This document shows positions 17,961-27,676 of a stretch of DNA of 64,000 nucleotides, in pieces. The first letter of the stretch is position 1. Each line of letters opens with the position of its first letter. The stretch lies in contig CAMNJE010000115.1 of NCBI GenBank assembly GCA_946541195.1, positions 2,392-66,391 on the forward strand. The letters run 5' to 3'. Under the pieces are notes generated by a model. That model was not told the origin of the DNA. It ran no database searches and saw only the letters and a list, made by a program, of their open reading frames with translations. Position numbers and translations under genes: made by a program. The stretch is from an uncultured Prevotella sp. (GTDB lineage Bacteria > Bacteroidota > Bacteroidia > Bacteroidales > Bacteroidaceae).

Positions 17961-20900
17961 TTAAACAATTCCTTTTCCGTGGCAGTTCTTGAACTTCTTG
18001 CCAGAACCGCAAGGACAGGGATCATTGCGTCCAGGAAGTTTGTCCTTGATGATCGGAGCGCGTTGCTGTTGGGCACGGGTATCCTGGGCAGCAGCGGCAG
18101 CCTGGTTGGGATCCGTCAACTGCTCCTCCCCGATATTCTGCTTCGACTCTGTATATTGTTGGCGCTGCGTACGCTGCTCAGGGGCTGCCTCCCTGACCTG
18201 TTGCTGCATCTCAGGAATCTGTGCACGGGTCAAAATCGAGCAGATACGGTTGTACATCTCGTTGATCATATCATCCCAGACCTTGGCTGACTCCAGTTTG
18301 AAGATCAGCAACGGATCCTTCTGTTCGTAACTGGCATTCTGTACAGAGTGCTTCAACTCGTCGAGTTGACGCAGATTCTCTTTCCATGAGTCGTCAATAA
18401 TATGAAGCAGGATGCTCTTTTCGAACTCTTTTACAACAGATTTCGATTCCGTCTCGTATGCCTCTTTCAGATTGCAGGGGATGTTATACATCCGGCGACC
18501 GTCGGTCAACGGCACCATGATGCGCTCATACATCTGTCCCTGATTCTCATAGACCTGCTTGATGATGGGTTGTGCAACAGCCTGGATGCGCTCTGTACGA
18601 CGGTTGAAGTTGCCGATAGCAGCCTGGAAGGCATTTTCTGTCAACACCTCACGCGGTTGATTGATGAACTCCTCGCTGGTGAATGGCACTTCCATCGATA
18701 GTACATGGAGGAATTCCTCCTTGCAGCCTTGGAAGTCGTTGTTCTCAATGATGTTCACCACACGGTCCCAGATGATATTGGCGATATCCATGCCGATGCG
18801 CTCACCCATCAGGGCATGACGGCGTTTCTCGTAGATCACGGTACGCTGTTTGTTCATCACATCATCGTACTCTATCAAGCGCTTACGGATACCGAAGTTG
18901 TTTTCCTCCACTTTCTTCTGGGCGCGCTCGATGCTCTTGGAGATCATCGGGCTCTCGATCATCTCTCCGTCCTTGAAGCCCAGACGGTCCATCACGGAAG
19001 CAATGCGCTCAGAGGCAAACAGACGCATCAGTTTGTCTTCCAAGGAAACATAGAATACGGAAGAGCCTGGATCACCCTGACGACCTGCACGACCACGCAA
19101 CTGGCGATCAACACGACGGCTCTCGTGGCGCTCTGTACCAATGATAGCCAAACCGCCTGCGGCCTTGACCTCGGGCGAGAGTTTGATATCGGTACCACGA
19201 CCAGCCATGTTGGTGGCGATGGTCACGGCACCCAGTCCGTTGGTCGATTGTCCAGCCAGTGCCACGATGTCTGCCTCTTTCTGGTGTAGTTTGGCGTTCA
19301 GAACCTGATGGGGAATCTTTCTCATGGAGAGCATCTTGGACAGCAACTCGGAAATCTCCACAGAGGTCGTACCAACCAGAGTCGGACGCCCGGCATTGCG
19401 CATCTTCTCAATCTCCTCGATAACGGCATTGTATTTCTCTCGGGCTGTCTTATAGACACGGTCGTCCTGGTCATTACGGATGACGGGACGGTTGGTGGGA
19501 ATCTCCACCACATCGAGTTTGTAGATATCCCAGAACTCACCAGCCTCCGTGGAGGCGGTACCTGTCATACCTGCCAACTTATGATACATGCGGAAATAGT
19601 TCTGCAGGGTGATGGTCGCGAATGTCTGGGTGGCAGCCTCCACCTTTACATGCTCCTTGGCCTCAACAGCCTGGTGCAGACCGTCGCTCCATCTGCGGCC
19701 CTCCATGATACGTCCAGTCTGTTCATCGACAATCTTTACTTCACCATCAATGACTACGTATTCGTCGTCCCTGTTAAACATACAGTAAGCCTTCAGCAGT
19801 TGCTGGAGGGTATGCACGCGCTCACTTTGTACGGCATAGTGGTTCAACAACTCGTCCTTCTTGTCCAGTCGCTCCTGATCACTGAGACCAGTCTCTGCTT
19901 CCAATGCAGATAGTTCCGAGGTAATGTCGGGCAGGACGAAGAGTTGACTGTCGTTCACTTGTTTGGCAAGCCATGCCGTACCTTTGTCTGTCAAATCGCA
20001 GGAGTTCAATTTCTCGTCAACCACAAAGTAGAGAGGCTCTACACATTCTGGCATACGGCGGTTATTGTTCTCCATGTAGATGTTCTCTGTATTTTGCATG
20101 CCAGACTTGATACCTTCTTCAGAAAGGAATTTAATCAGAGGCTTGTTCTTTGGCATGGCCTTGTGAGAGCGGTATAATGACAAGAATCCTGCATCGAGTT
20201 TTTCCTGGCCTTCCTTCTTGTTGCCAGCCTCAATGAGTTTATTGCCTTCTCCAATCAGAGTCTTGGCTTCTGCCAGATACTGGGTGGCCAACTGGCGCTG
20301 TACACCCACGAGGCGCTCTACGAGTGGTTGGTATTCCTCGAACATCTGGTCATCTCCCTTGGGCACAGGGCCGGAAATGATCAGCGGTGTACGGGCATCA
20401 TCAATCAGCACGGAGTCAACCTCATCGACGATGGCATAGTTATGACTGCGCTGCACGAGATCGGCAGGTGAGACGGCCATGTTGTCACGCAGGTAGTCGA
20501 AGCCGAACTCATTATTTGTACCAAAGGTGATGTCAGCCTGATAGGCTCTACGGCGAGCCTCGCTATTAGGCTGGTGCTTGTCAATACAGTCAACACTCAG
20601 ACCGTGGAACATGTAGAGTGGACCCATCCATTCGGAGTCACGCTTAGCCAGATAGTCGTTCACAGTCACCACATGGACACCGTTGCCTGTGAGCGCATTC
20701 AGGAAGACTGGCAGGGTAGCCACGAGTGTCTTACCTTCACCAGTGGCCATCTCTGCAATCTTACCCTGATGGAGAACGACACCACCGAAGAGTTGGACAT
20801 CATAGTGAATCATCTCCCATTTCAGGTCGTTGCCGCCTGCTGTCCAGTGGTTGTGATAAATGGCCTTGTCACCATCGATAGTGATAAAGTCCTTGCGGGG

Positions 20901-21323
20901 GTCGGCTGCCAGTTCGCGGTCAAAATCGGTGGCTGTTACAATGGTCTCCTCATTCTCGGCAAAGCGCCTGGCCGTCTCCTTGACAATGGCAAACACCTCA
21001 GGCATCACTTCGTTAAGTGCTTTCTCATAGATTTCAAGCACTTCCTTCTCAATCTTGTCGATTTGCTCAAAGATGGCGGCACGCTCATCGATGGGCGTAT
21101 CTTCTATGGTACCCTTCAGTTCGGCAATCTTTGCCTTCTGCTCCTTGGCTGAATCCTGTACTTGTATCTGGATTTCCTTGGTTCGCTGGCGAAGGGCGTC
21201 ATTATCAAGCGATGCTACCTTTGCCGTAGCAGCCTTGGCCTGTTCTACAAATGGTTGGATTAATTTCATGTCGCGAGTGGACTTATCACCAAACAACGAC
21301 TTGAGAATCTTGTTGAAATTCAT
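17961..21323 (-). CDS. secA: Preprotein translocase subunit SecA
   Basis: 1120 aa; [43 protein letters not shown]-terminal [22 protein letters not shown]. Confidence 0.98.
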   Translation of the reverse strand: MNFNKILKSLFGDKSTRDMKLIQPFVEQAKAATAKVASLDNDALRQRTKEIQIQVQDSAKEQKAKIAELKGTIEDTPIDERAAIFEQIDKIEKEVLEIYEKALNEVMPEVFAIVKETARRFAENEETIVTATDFDRELAADPRKDFITIDGDKAIYHNHWTAGGNDLKWEMIHYDVQLFGGVVLHQGKIAEMATGEGKTLVATLPVFLNALTGNGVHVVTVNDYLAKRDSEWMGPLYMFHGLSVDCIDKHQPNSEARRRAYQADITFGTNNEFGFDYLRDNMAVSPADLVQRSHNYAIVDEVDSVLIDDARTPLIISGPVPKGDDQMFEEYQPLVERLVGVQRQLATQYLAEAKTLIGEGNKLIEAGNKKEGQEKLDAGFLSLYRSHKAMPKNKPLIKFLSEEGIKSGMQNTENIYMENNNRRMPECVEPLYFVVDEKLNSCDLTDKGTAWLAKQVNDSQLFVLPDITSELSALEAETGLSDQERLDKKDELLNHYAVQSERVHTLQQLLKAYCMFNRDDEYVVIDGEVKIVDEQTGRIMEGRRWSDGLHQAVEAKEHVKVEAATQTFATITLQNYFRMYHKLAGMTGTASTEAGEFWDIYKLDVVEIPTNRPVIRNDQDDRVYKTAREKYNAVIEEIEKMRNAGRPTLVGTTSVEISELLSKMLSMRKIPHQVLNAKLHQKEADIVALAGQSTNGLGAVTIATNMAGRGTDIKLSPEVKAAGGLAIIGTERHESRRVDRQLRGRAGRQGDPGSSVFYVSLEDKLMRLFASERIASVMDRLGFKDGEMIESPMISKSIERAQKKVEENNFGIRKRLIEYDDVMNKQRTVIYEKRRHALMGERIGMDIANIIWDRVVNIIENNDFQGCKEEFLHVLSMEVPFTSEEFINQPREVLTENAFQAAIGNFNRRTERIQAVAQPIIKQVYENQGQMYERIMVPLTDGRRMYNIPCNLKEAYETESKSVVKEFEKSILLHIIDDSWKENLRQLDELKHSVQNASYEQKDPLLIFKLESAKVWDDMINEMYNRICSILTRAQIPEMQQQVREAAPEQRTQRQQYTESKQNIGEEQLTDPNQAAAAAQDTRAQQQRAPIIKDKLPGRNDPCPCGSGKKFKNCHGKGIV

Positions 21324-21351
21324 CTTATTTATGATTTACAATTTATTATTC
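21324..21351 (-). repeat. Degenerate 7-nt periodic array abutting the secA start codon
   Basis: Minus strand GAATAAT AAATTGT AAATCAT AAATAAG then ATG. Confidence 0.45.
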
Positions 21352-21364
21352 TTGAAAACGGGTG

Positions 21365-21395
21365 CAAAGTTACGAAAAAACAAGCGTAAAACAAA
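21365..21395 (-). promoter_or_regulatory. Sigma-A promoter for secA and downstream genes
   Basis: Minus strand TTTG (21395-21392), 19-nt spacer, TAACTTTG (21372-21365). Confidence 0.75.
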
Positions 21396-21469
21396 AGAAT
21401 TTTATTCTTTTTTCTTTAAAAGGACCAACTTTGCCGAAACAGCAGAGTCGTACTACTTGTCGTAACAGT

Positions 21470-22999
21470 CTAGAACAATGGTTCTGCGGTGCAGGCGTTA
21501 GGAGCCCGGATGTGGATAGTCTTTGCAATAGTCGGGGCTATCCTGTCAGTGGTGACTGGCAGTTGTACACGGGTTGCTGGAATGTCTGCACCATAGATGA
21601 TGATAGGGAAGAGTGGGGCAGATGCCTCTGACAATCTGTCATAATTGGTGTCTTCGTTTTGCAGATGCCATCCAGGAGCCACTTCAATCAGTATGTCGCC
21701 ATTGCGCTGGTAGTTGAAACTGTTGCGTAACTTGAGTAGTTGCCCGTTGCTGCCGTTAAGTAGTTGCAGACTGGAATAGACATTCTTGACGCCAGTCATT
21801 TGCGAGATAAACTCCTGAGCCCGCTGAGAGGCGTCAGTCAGACTGATGCGTTTTGACTCCAGCAGTTTGTGATTAAGGAATAACTGGTTGTCATAGCAGG
21901 CCTCCACATACCGTCCTTGTCCCCAAAGGGCACCAAAATACATGTTCAACAGGTTGGCCGTACGATTGACATAAAAGATGCCTGTGGGAATACGGTATCT
22001 TGCATAATCGATGCCTTCTGGGTCACTGTATCCAGTACTGGTGATGACGAAAAGCACTTCTTCTTTTCCAACCCTGCTTTCCAGTCTGGATACGAGGTTC
22101 CCCAGTTCTTTATCCAGACGGATATATGTATCTTCTATTTCTTTCTGACATTCTGTCACAGGCTTGTGGTCGAAGGGCCCTGCATAGTAGGTCAGGCACA
22201 ATAGGTCGGTCGTATCATTCGCGCCCATTTCCTGATAGTTTACGCACGAAAGCGCCAATTCGGTAATGTCAGCATTTATCAATCCTGATGTCTGATATTC
22301 CAGATGTCGCCTATTCCCTTTGAAGACATGCTTGAAGTCTGGCTTCTGATGGATGATTTGTGGCTGCCATTCTGTTTTTTCTTTTTTTCTTTTTGTGTTG
22401 CTTAACTCATTGAAAGACAGAATCCATTGTGGCGTGTTGCTCGAGTGATACTGAGATGATGTCCATTGGCCATTCTTCTCGTTCAGCCAGAAGGCCCCGT
22501 CGGCAGCGTGACCAGCAGCCAGGATAGCCATATCCTCAAAGGGCGCAATGGCAAAAATTTTCGCAGTACCTTGGGAACTGACCTTCATTTCGTCGCCCAG
22601 GGTGGATACCGCCAGTTGGGATGGCGTTGGAACTCCAGGATGTGAGGGGTCTTCCGTACAGTTTATTGGTCTCAGACTATTTCTGTCGAGCCATTGCTCC
22701 CCAATAATACTATGATAGGATGGGGTAGTGCCACTGATGATGGTCGATATGGCAGAGGCTTTGTCTGGGCTGACGAAGGGATAGGCGGCGTTTTCATATA
22801 CCAGTCCTTGTGTCAGTAGTTTCCTAAAACCATTGGTGCCATAATAGGGTGCAAAGTTCTCCAGATAGTCGCTGCGTAACTGGTCGATAGTGATGGCTAC
22901 AACCAGCCGCGGCACTTGTCGGGTTCCGTATTGGGCCTGTGCTTCAACATGCCAGCCAAGCACAGCCAGAAGGGTTATCGAGAGATAATGGTTCCTCAC
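21470..22999 (-). CDS. Alkaline phosphatase (PafA)-family protein, metal ligands apparently lost
   Basis: Likely GTG start 22999 (GTGA overlap), signal peptide, PRLVVAITIDQLRSDYL, GFRKLLTQG, AGHAADGAFW; see findings for the missing residues. Confidence 0.8.
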   Translation of the reverse strand: MRNHYLSITLLAVLGWHVEAQAQYGTRQVPRLVVAITIDQLRSDYLENFAPYYGTNGFRKLLTQGLVYENAAYPFVSPDKASAISTIISGTTPSYHSIIGEQWLDRNSLRPINCTEDPSHPGVPTPSQLAVSTLGDEMKVSSQGTAKIFAIAPFEDMAILAAGHAADGAFWLNEKNGQWTSSQYHSSNTPQWILSFNELSNTKRKKEKTEWQPQIIHQKPDFKHVFKGNRRHLEYQTSGLINADITELALSCVNYQEMGANDTTDLLCLTYYAGPFDHKPVTECQKEIEDTYIRLDKELGNLVSRLESRVGKEEVLFVITSTGYSDPEGIDYARYRIPTGIFYVNRTANLLNMYFGALWGQGRYVEACYDNQLFLNHKLLESKRISLTDASQRAQEFISQMTGVKNVYSSLQLLNGSNGQLLKLRNSFNYQRNGDILIEVAPGWHLQNEDTNYDRLSEASAPLFPIIIYGADIPATRVQLPVTTDRIAPTIAKTIHIRAPNACTAEPLF

Positions 23000-24234
23000 A
23001 CCTTGACTTTTAAGTGAATCATTGCCCTTGACAGCAAAGATAATGCCACAATTATCATCCCTTCTGCGTATTGCTGGAAAATTCCTCCAAGTAGGAATAG
23101 GGCTGTCATCACGATGAGGTTTTTCCACCAGTGGGTAGGCCGTCTCCTAAGTATGGATGGTATAAAGAAGAGGGAAACGGGATTCAGCAGTAGTATCTGG
23201 AGGTTTGTACTGGTCGTCGGGTGCTGGGAGAAGAGCATGATGAAGAGTACACAGCCCGCCAGTCCCTGCAATAGCATAAGCAAAGCGTCCCAGTATTTGA
23301 GGGTTTTCCCGCGTCGCCATTCCCAAACGACAATAATGAGGCAAATAGCCATCAATATCCATGCACATTCTATGGGTGTCAGGGGAAAGTCCTGTTCAAT
23401 GATCTGTACCCCAGGAGGAACCAGAATCCTGCGTTCTTTGACAAGTGGCCGATACTGGCCGTCTGCGTAGATCTGAGCCCTGTCGAAGTCGTACATGAGG
23501 TTGCCCGGCAGGAATTCCTGCTCTCTTAGGCTGGTCTTCATGTCTGCTCTGACACCAAGTAGGATGTCATTGCCAAAAGCAGCCCAAGGATGATTCCTGG
23601 TACATTGGTGGACCATTTCTCTATAGGAAGGCGTATATTCCTCACGCTGAGCATATTCCACTTTCCCGCTAATGCATTTCTCGATGATGTCGCGAGGTCG
23701 TGTAGAACAGTTATCGTAGAAATAATTGTAGCGATAGACCTTATTCTCTGGTCGCAGATTCTCGACGAGGATCTCCTTAAGTCTTATCTTCTCAGCGTTT
23801 GTCAGATTGATGACCTGCTCGACGACAGAACTGCCATATTCTTTGTAATATGGCCAGAAATAGTTATATGGATACGCACCTAATTCGTAGTCCGTCAGGC
23901 CAAAGACAAAGCGAGGTATAAAATAGGGCTTTCTGAAGTCGAATACGCCCCAGTTGAAAACGAAGTCTTCAGTGACCGCCCCCGGGCCTTGTTGGCGCAG
24001 GTTATGCCATCGGATGGCGGAATGGCCATATAGACTGTAGATTTCCTCGTGGGGTGAGCATGTCAGCAGACTCACCTCAATGGAGTCCATCAGGTTATCG
24101 ACTGACTCAAATGTGCTGTTGTCAGCATCAACGGGAACAGCGCCAGATTGCGCGTTTATGGGCGTTATACCACTGATTATCAGGAGTATAAACCATAAAG
24201 AAAGTCTCTGAAAATCTTTTTCTAAATGTTTCAC
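22996..24234 (-). CDS. DUF4105 membrane protein, Lnb-like lipoprotein N-acyltransferase
   Basis: Start uncertain (GTG 24234 gives a signal-like N-terminus); SLLTCSP, YGHSAIR, YRYNYFYDNCSTR (His/Cys pair), four C-terminal TMs. Confidence 0.75.
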   Translation of the reverse strand: MKHLEKDFQRLSLWFILLIISGITPINAQSGAVPVDADNSTFESVDNLMDSIEVSLLTCSPHEEIYSLYGHSAIRWHNLRQQGPGAVTEDFVFNWGVFDFRKPYFIPRFVFGLTDYELGAYPYNYFWPYYKEYGSSVVEQVINLTNAEKIRLKEILVENLRPENKVYRYNYFYDNCSTRPRDIIEKCISGKVEYAQREEYTPSYREMVHQCTRNHPWAAFGNDILLGVRADMKTSLREQEFLPGNLMYDFDRAQIYADGQYRPLVKERRILVPPGVQIIEQDFPLTPIECAWILMAICLIIVVWEWRRGKTLKYWDALLMLLQGLAGCVLFIMLFSQHPTTSTNLQILLLNPVSLFFIPSILRRRPTHWWKNLIVMTALFLLGGIFQQYAEGMIIVALSLLSRAMIHLKVKV

Positions 24235-24238
24235 GATG

Positions 24239-24299
24239 CAAAAATAACTTATATTTTTGAGGAAAAGGCTATTATTTCCATTTTTTTTCAATAATTTTG
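24239..24299. promoter_or_regulatory. Back-to-back -7 promoter boxes
   Basis: Minus TATTTTTG (24246-24239) and plus TAATTTTG (24292-24299) in a short AT-rich divergent intergenic region. Confidence 0.55.
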
Positions 24300-24338
24300 C
24301 ACGCTGAAATGAATTTCTATAGAAATAATTGTCATAAT

Positions 24339-25616
24339 ATGAACAGATATCTCAGTTGTCTTGCCTTCTCGGTGTTGACGACAGTGGGTGCTTTTGCCCA
24401 GAATGGCACCAATTCCCCATATAGTCAGTATGGCCTAGGCGACCTCTCTGATCAAAGTGTAGGTTTTAATAAAGGTATGAGCGGTGTGGGCCTGGCTTTC
24501 CGGAAGGGAAATGAGGTTAATCCTCTCAATCCCGCCTCTTACTCTTCTGTTGATTCCCTGAGCATGATATTTGATGCAGGACTCTCTGGGCAAATCACGA
24601 ACTACAACGAGAACGGAAAGAAGATGAATGCCAAGGGTGGCGGCTTTGACTATGTGACAGCGCTTTTCCGCGTGTATAAGAACGTGGGCGTTTCCGTAGG
24701 CATCATGCCTTTCAGTAATATAGGCTATAGTTATTCCTCCTCTACGACGTTGAAGGAGGTGGATACGACAGTGCCTGTGAAGTACGACGGCAGCGGTGGC
24801 ATGCATCAGTTGTTCCTGGGCGCGGGCATGAAGATCCTCAAGCCTCTGTCCGTAGGCTTTAACTTTGCCTACCTTTGGGGGGAATACGACAGGTCCGTTG
24901 CCAGTACAAATACTCAGATCAATGTGCTTAGCAGGCGATACACTGCCTCCGCGAACAGTTGGAAACTCGACGTGGGACTACAGTATGACCAGCCGATTAA
25001 CAAGACGGACTATATCACGCTTGGTGCCACGTTTACGCCTGGCCATAGCCTGAATGCGGATCCTGAATATATGGTCGTCAGCAAGAATGCATCCATTGCG
25101 AAGTCTGATACGACAACCTTGTCGATCAGTAATGCGCTCGACATCCCGACGGCCTGGGGCCTGGGTGTAGCCTATCGTCATGGTGCCATCCTGCGTGTGG
25201 GAGCCGACTTCCAGATGCAGAAATGGGGCTCCCTTTCCTTCCCTTCCGTAGATGCATATAATGACTATGTGCTGAAGGATGGTCTCCTGAAGGATAATAT
25301 CAAACTGAATGCAGGCGTGGAATGGATGCCTAATCCCATGAGCAGGAAGTTCCTCAGTCACGTACGCTACAGATTTGGTGCAGGCTACAGTACACCTTAT
25401 TATTATATAAATGGGCAGGAAGGTCCCAAGGACTTTCATCTCAGTCTGGGATTCGGTATCCCTATCATGAATGTCTATAATAACCGTTCCATCCTGAACA
25501 TCAGTGCCCAATGGCAGCGTCGCTCAGCAGATAACCTGATTACGGAGAATACGTTCCGCATCAATATAGGACTGACATTCAACGAACGCTGGTTCGCCAA
25601 ATGGAAGATTGAATAA
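24339..25616 (+). CDS. Outer membrane beta-barrel protein (FadL/TodX-like, function unknown)
   Basis: ATG 24339; signal peptide ending AFA-Q, NGTNSPYSQYGLG, NPLNPASYS, alternating beta-strand pattern, ends FNERWFAKWKIE. Confidence 0.7.
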   Translation: MNRYLSCLAFSVLTTVGAFAQNGTNSPYSQYGLGDLSDQSVGFNKGMSGVGLAFRKGNEVNPLNPASYSSVDSLSMIFDAGLSGQITNYNENGKKMNAKGGGFDYVTALFRVYKNVGVSVGIMPFSNIGYSYSSSTTLKEVDTTVPVKYDGSGGMHQLFLGAGMKILKPLSVGFNFAYLWGEYDRSVASTNTQINVLSRRYTASANSWKLDVGLQYDQPINKTDYITLGATFTPGHSLNADPEYMVVSKNASIAKSDTTTLSISNALDIPTAWGLGVAYRHGAILRVGADFQMQKWGSLSFPSVDAYNDYVLKDGLLKDNIKLNAGVEWMPNPMSRKFLSHVRYRFGAGYSTPYYYINGQEGPKDFHLSLGFGIPIMNVYNNRSILNISAQWQRRSADNLITENTFRINIGLTFNERWFAKWKIE

Positions 25617-25632
25617 GCATGGAGGTCCTAAG

Positions 25633-26280
25633 ATGAGGAAGTTCGTCTTTTTCTTTCCACTGCTGTTCCTCGTTTCCTGTTCAGATGTCAAGGAACATAC
25701 GGCACCGCCTATCTATGACCGTGACTCTGTGTCGATGATGACGTCATACGGAGTCAATACGCTGATCAGCGACTCTGGCGTGATTAAATATCGTATTGTG
25801 ACGGAGCGTTGGGATGTGAATACTGTGAAGAACCCATCGCGGTGGACCTTTGAGAAAGGCGTGTTCTTTGAACAGTTCGACGAACAATTCCATGTCCAGG
25901 CCTATATCCAGGCTGACACGGCTTGGTATTTCGACCAGAAGAAACTATGGCATCTCAGAGGCCGTGTGCGTATCCGTAATATCAACGGCCTTATCTATGA
26001 GAGTGAGGAACTCTTTTGGGATGGTCTCAAGCACGAACTCTACTCCAATGTCTTCTCCAAGGTGGTCACGCCTGAGCGATCCATGGAAGGCACGTACTTC
26101 CTGAGTGACGAACGGATGCGGCACTATACTGTCACCAATTCCAAAGGCTCGTTTGAGCGTGAGGATATGACAGGTGAGACGAAAGAGGAGGAGAAGCCCA
26201 AGAATCCCGCGGATACGACGCAGCAGGTGGCTCCCATCCTCCGTCCACAAACACAGAAGCACAGGAAAATAGGCAACTAA
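25633..26280 (+). CDS. lptC: LPS export periplasmic protein LptC (lipoprotein)
   Basis: ATG 25633; lipobox LVSC, TLISDSGVIKYRI, FEKGVFFEQFD, IQADTA, SEELFWD. Confidence 0.8.
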   Translation: MRKFVFFFPLLFLVSCSDVKEHTAPPIYDRDSVSMMTSYGVNTLISDSGVIKYRIVTERWDVNTVKNPSRWTFEKGVFFEQFDEQFHVQAYIQADTAWYFDQKKLWHLRGRVRIRNINGLIYESEELFWDGLKHELYSNVFSKVVTPERSMEGTYFLSDERMRHYTVTNSKGSFEREDMTGETKEEEKPKNPADTTQQVAPILRPQTQKHRKIGN

Positions 26281-26292
26281 ATCACACTCACG

Positions 26293-27579
26293 ATGACTTC
26301 ACTTATTATATGTTTGCTGGTAACCATGCTCTTCTCCGCCTTCTTTTCAGGCATGGAGATAGCCTTTGTGTCGAGCAACAGGCTGCGGGCAGAGATGGAC
26401 CGTGAGAAGAATGGCTTGTCGCAGAAGGCCATCGCCATATTCTATCAGCATCCGAACAACTTTGTATCGACGATGCTGGTAGGCAATAACATAGCCCTTG
26501 TCATCTATGGCATCCTCTTTGCAAGGATCTTTGATGCCACGCTCTTCCACTCGCTCAGCGATGGCATGAGGGTGACGGCAGATACGCTCCTATCGACGCT
26601 CGTCGTCCTGTTTACAGGGGAATTCCTGCCGAAGACCATCTTCAAGAACAACCCCAATACGATGCTCACCTTCTTTGCCATTCCAGCCTATCTCTGCTAT
26701 ATCATACTCTATCCCGTCTCCCGTTTTGCAACCTTGCTCTCCAAGGGGCTCCTCAGGCTTTTCGGCATCCGTATGAACAAGGAGGGCGATGACAAGGAGT
26801 TCACGAAGGTGGATCTTGACTATCTTGTGCAGGCCAGTATCGACAATGCAGACAGTGAGGAGGAGATTGGCGAGGAGGTGAAGATCTTCCAGAATGCCCT
26901 GGACTTCTCTGAGACCAAGGTGCGCGACTGTATGGTGCCACGTACGGAGATTGATGCCGTGGAGGATACGGCGACCATCGAGCAACTCAAGCAGACTTTC
27001 ATCGAGAGTGGGCATAGCAAGATCATCGTCTTTCACGAGGATATCGACCATGTGGTGGGCTATATCCATTCCTCCGACATGTTCCGCCTCGACTCCAAGA
27101 CCGTGGCCAACACCCAACTGCAGGAACTGAATCCAAAGTTGACAAGGGAAATCAGTTTTGTCCCTGAGACAATGCTCGCATCCAAACTGATGCAGATGCT
27201 GATGCAGCAGAAGAGGTCGCTCGCCATCGTCGTCGATGAGTTTGGCGGTACCAGTGGCCTGGTGTCGCTGGAAGATATCATGGAGGAGATAACAGGTGAG
27301 ATAGAGGATGAGCACGACAATTCCAGGCACGTGGCCAAGCAGGTGGGCGAGCATGAGTATGTGCTCTCAGCCCGTCTTGAGATAGAGAAGGTCAACGAAC
27401 AGTTTGGACTCTCGCTCCCAGAGAGTGACGAATATATGACACTTGGCGGCCTGATCCTCCATGAGTACCAGTCGTTCCCCAAACTCAATGAGGTCGTGAA
27501 AATTGGCGATTTTGAGTTTAAGATACTGAAGAATACAGCGACAAAAATCGAACTTGTGCGCCTAAAAGTCAACGAATGA
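26293..27579 (+). CDS. Hemolysin/CNNM (DUF21-CBS-CorC) family membrane protein
   Basis: 428 aa; SAFFSGMEIAF, GEFLPKT, MVPRTEI, VVDEFGGTSGLVSLEDIMEEITGEIEDEHD. Confidence 0.92.
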   Translation: MTSLIICLLVTMLFSAFFSGMEIAFVSSNRLRAEMDREKNGLSQKAIAIFYQHPNNFVSTMLVGNNIALVIYGILFARIFDATLFHSLSDGMRVTADTLLSTLVVLFTGEFLPKTIFKNNPNTMLTFFAIPAYLCYIILYPVSRFATLLSKGLLRLFGIRMNKEGDDKEFTKVDLDYLVQASIDNADSEEEIGEEVKIFQNALDFSETKVRDCMVPRTEIDAVEDTATIEQLKQTFIESGHSKIIVFHEDIDHVVGYIHSSDMFRLDSKTVANTQLQELNPKLTREISFVPETMLASKLMQMLMQQKRSLAIVVDEFGGTSGLVSLEDIMEEITGEIEDEHDNSRHVAKQVGEHEYVLSARLEIEKVNEQFGLSLPESDEYMTLGGLILHEYQSFPKLNEVVKIGDFEFKILKNTATKIELVRLKVNE

Positions 27580-27597
27580 GAGATTTTTCCGTGGAAA

Positions 27598-27629
27598 TTT
27601 GCTCAATTCATTCCTTTTTAGTAATTTTG
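27598..27629 (+). promoter_or_regulatory. Sigma-A promoter for the ppiD-like gene
   Basis: TTTG 27598-27601, 20-nt spacer, TAATTTTG 27622-27629. Confidence 0.75.
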
Positions 27630-27676
27630 CACGCGTTTTATGGAATCAAAATAAAAGAATAAAAATAATAAACAAA

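Noticed and set aside
21426-21433. CAACTTTG on the plus strand as an antisense promoter into the pafA-like gene
   Set aside because: Mismatch at the conserved first T and no -33 TTTG at canonical spacing.
17952-21631. Many plus-strand ORFs of 60-200 aa opposite secA
   Set aside because: Shadow ORFs from codon bias; no independent evidence.
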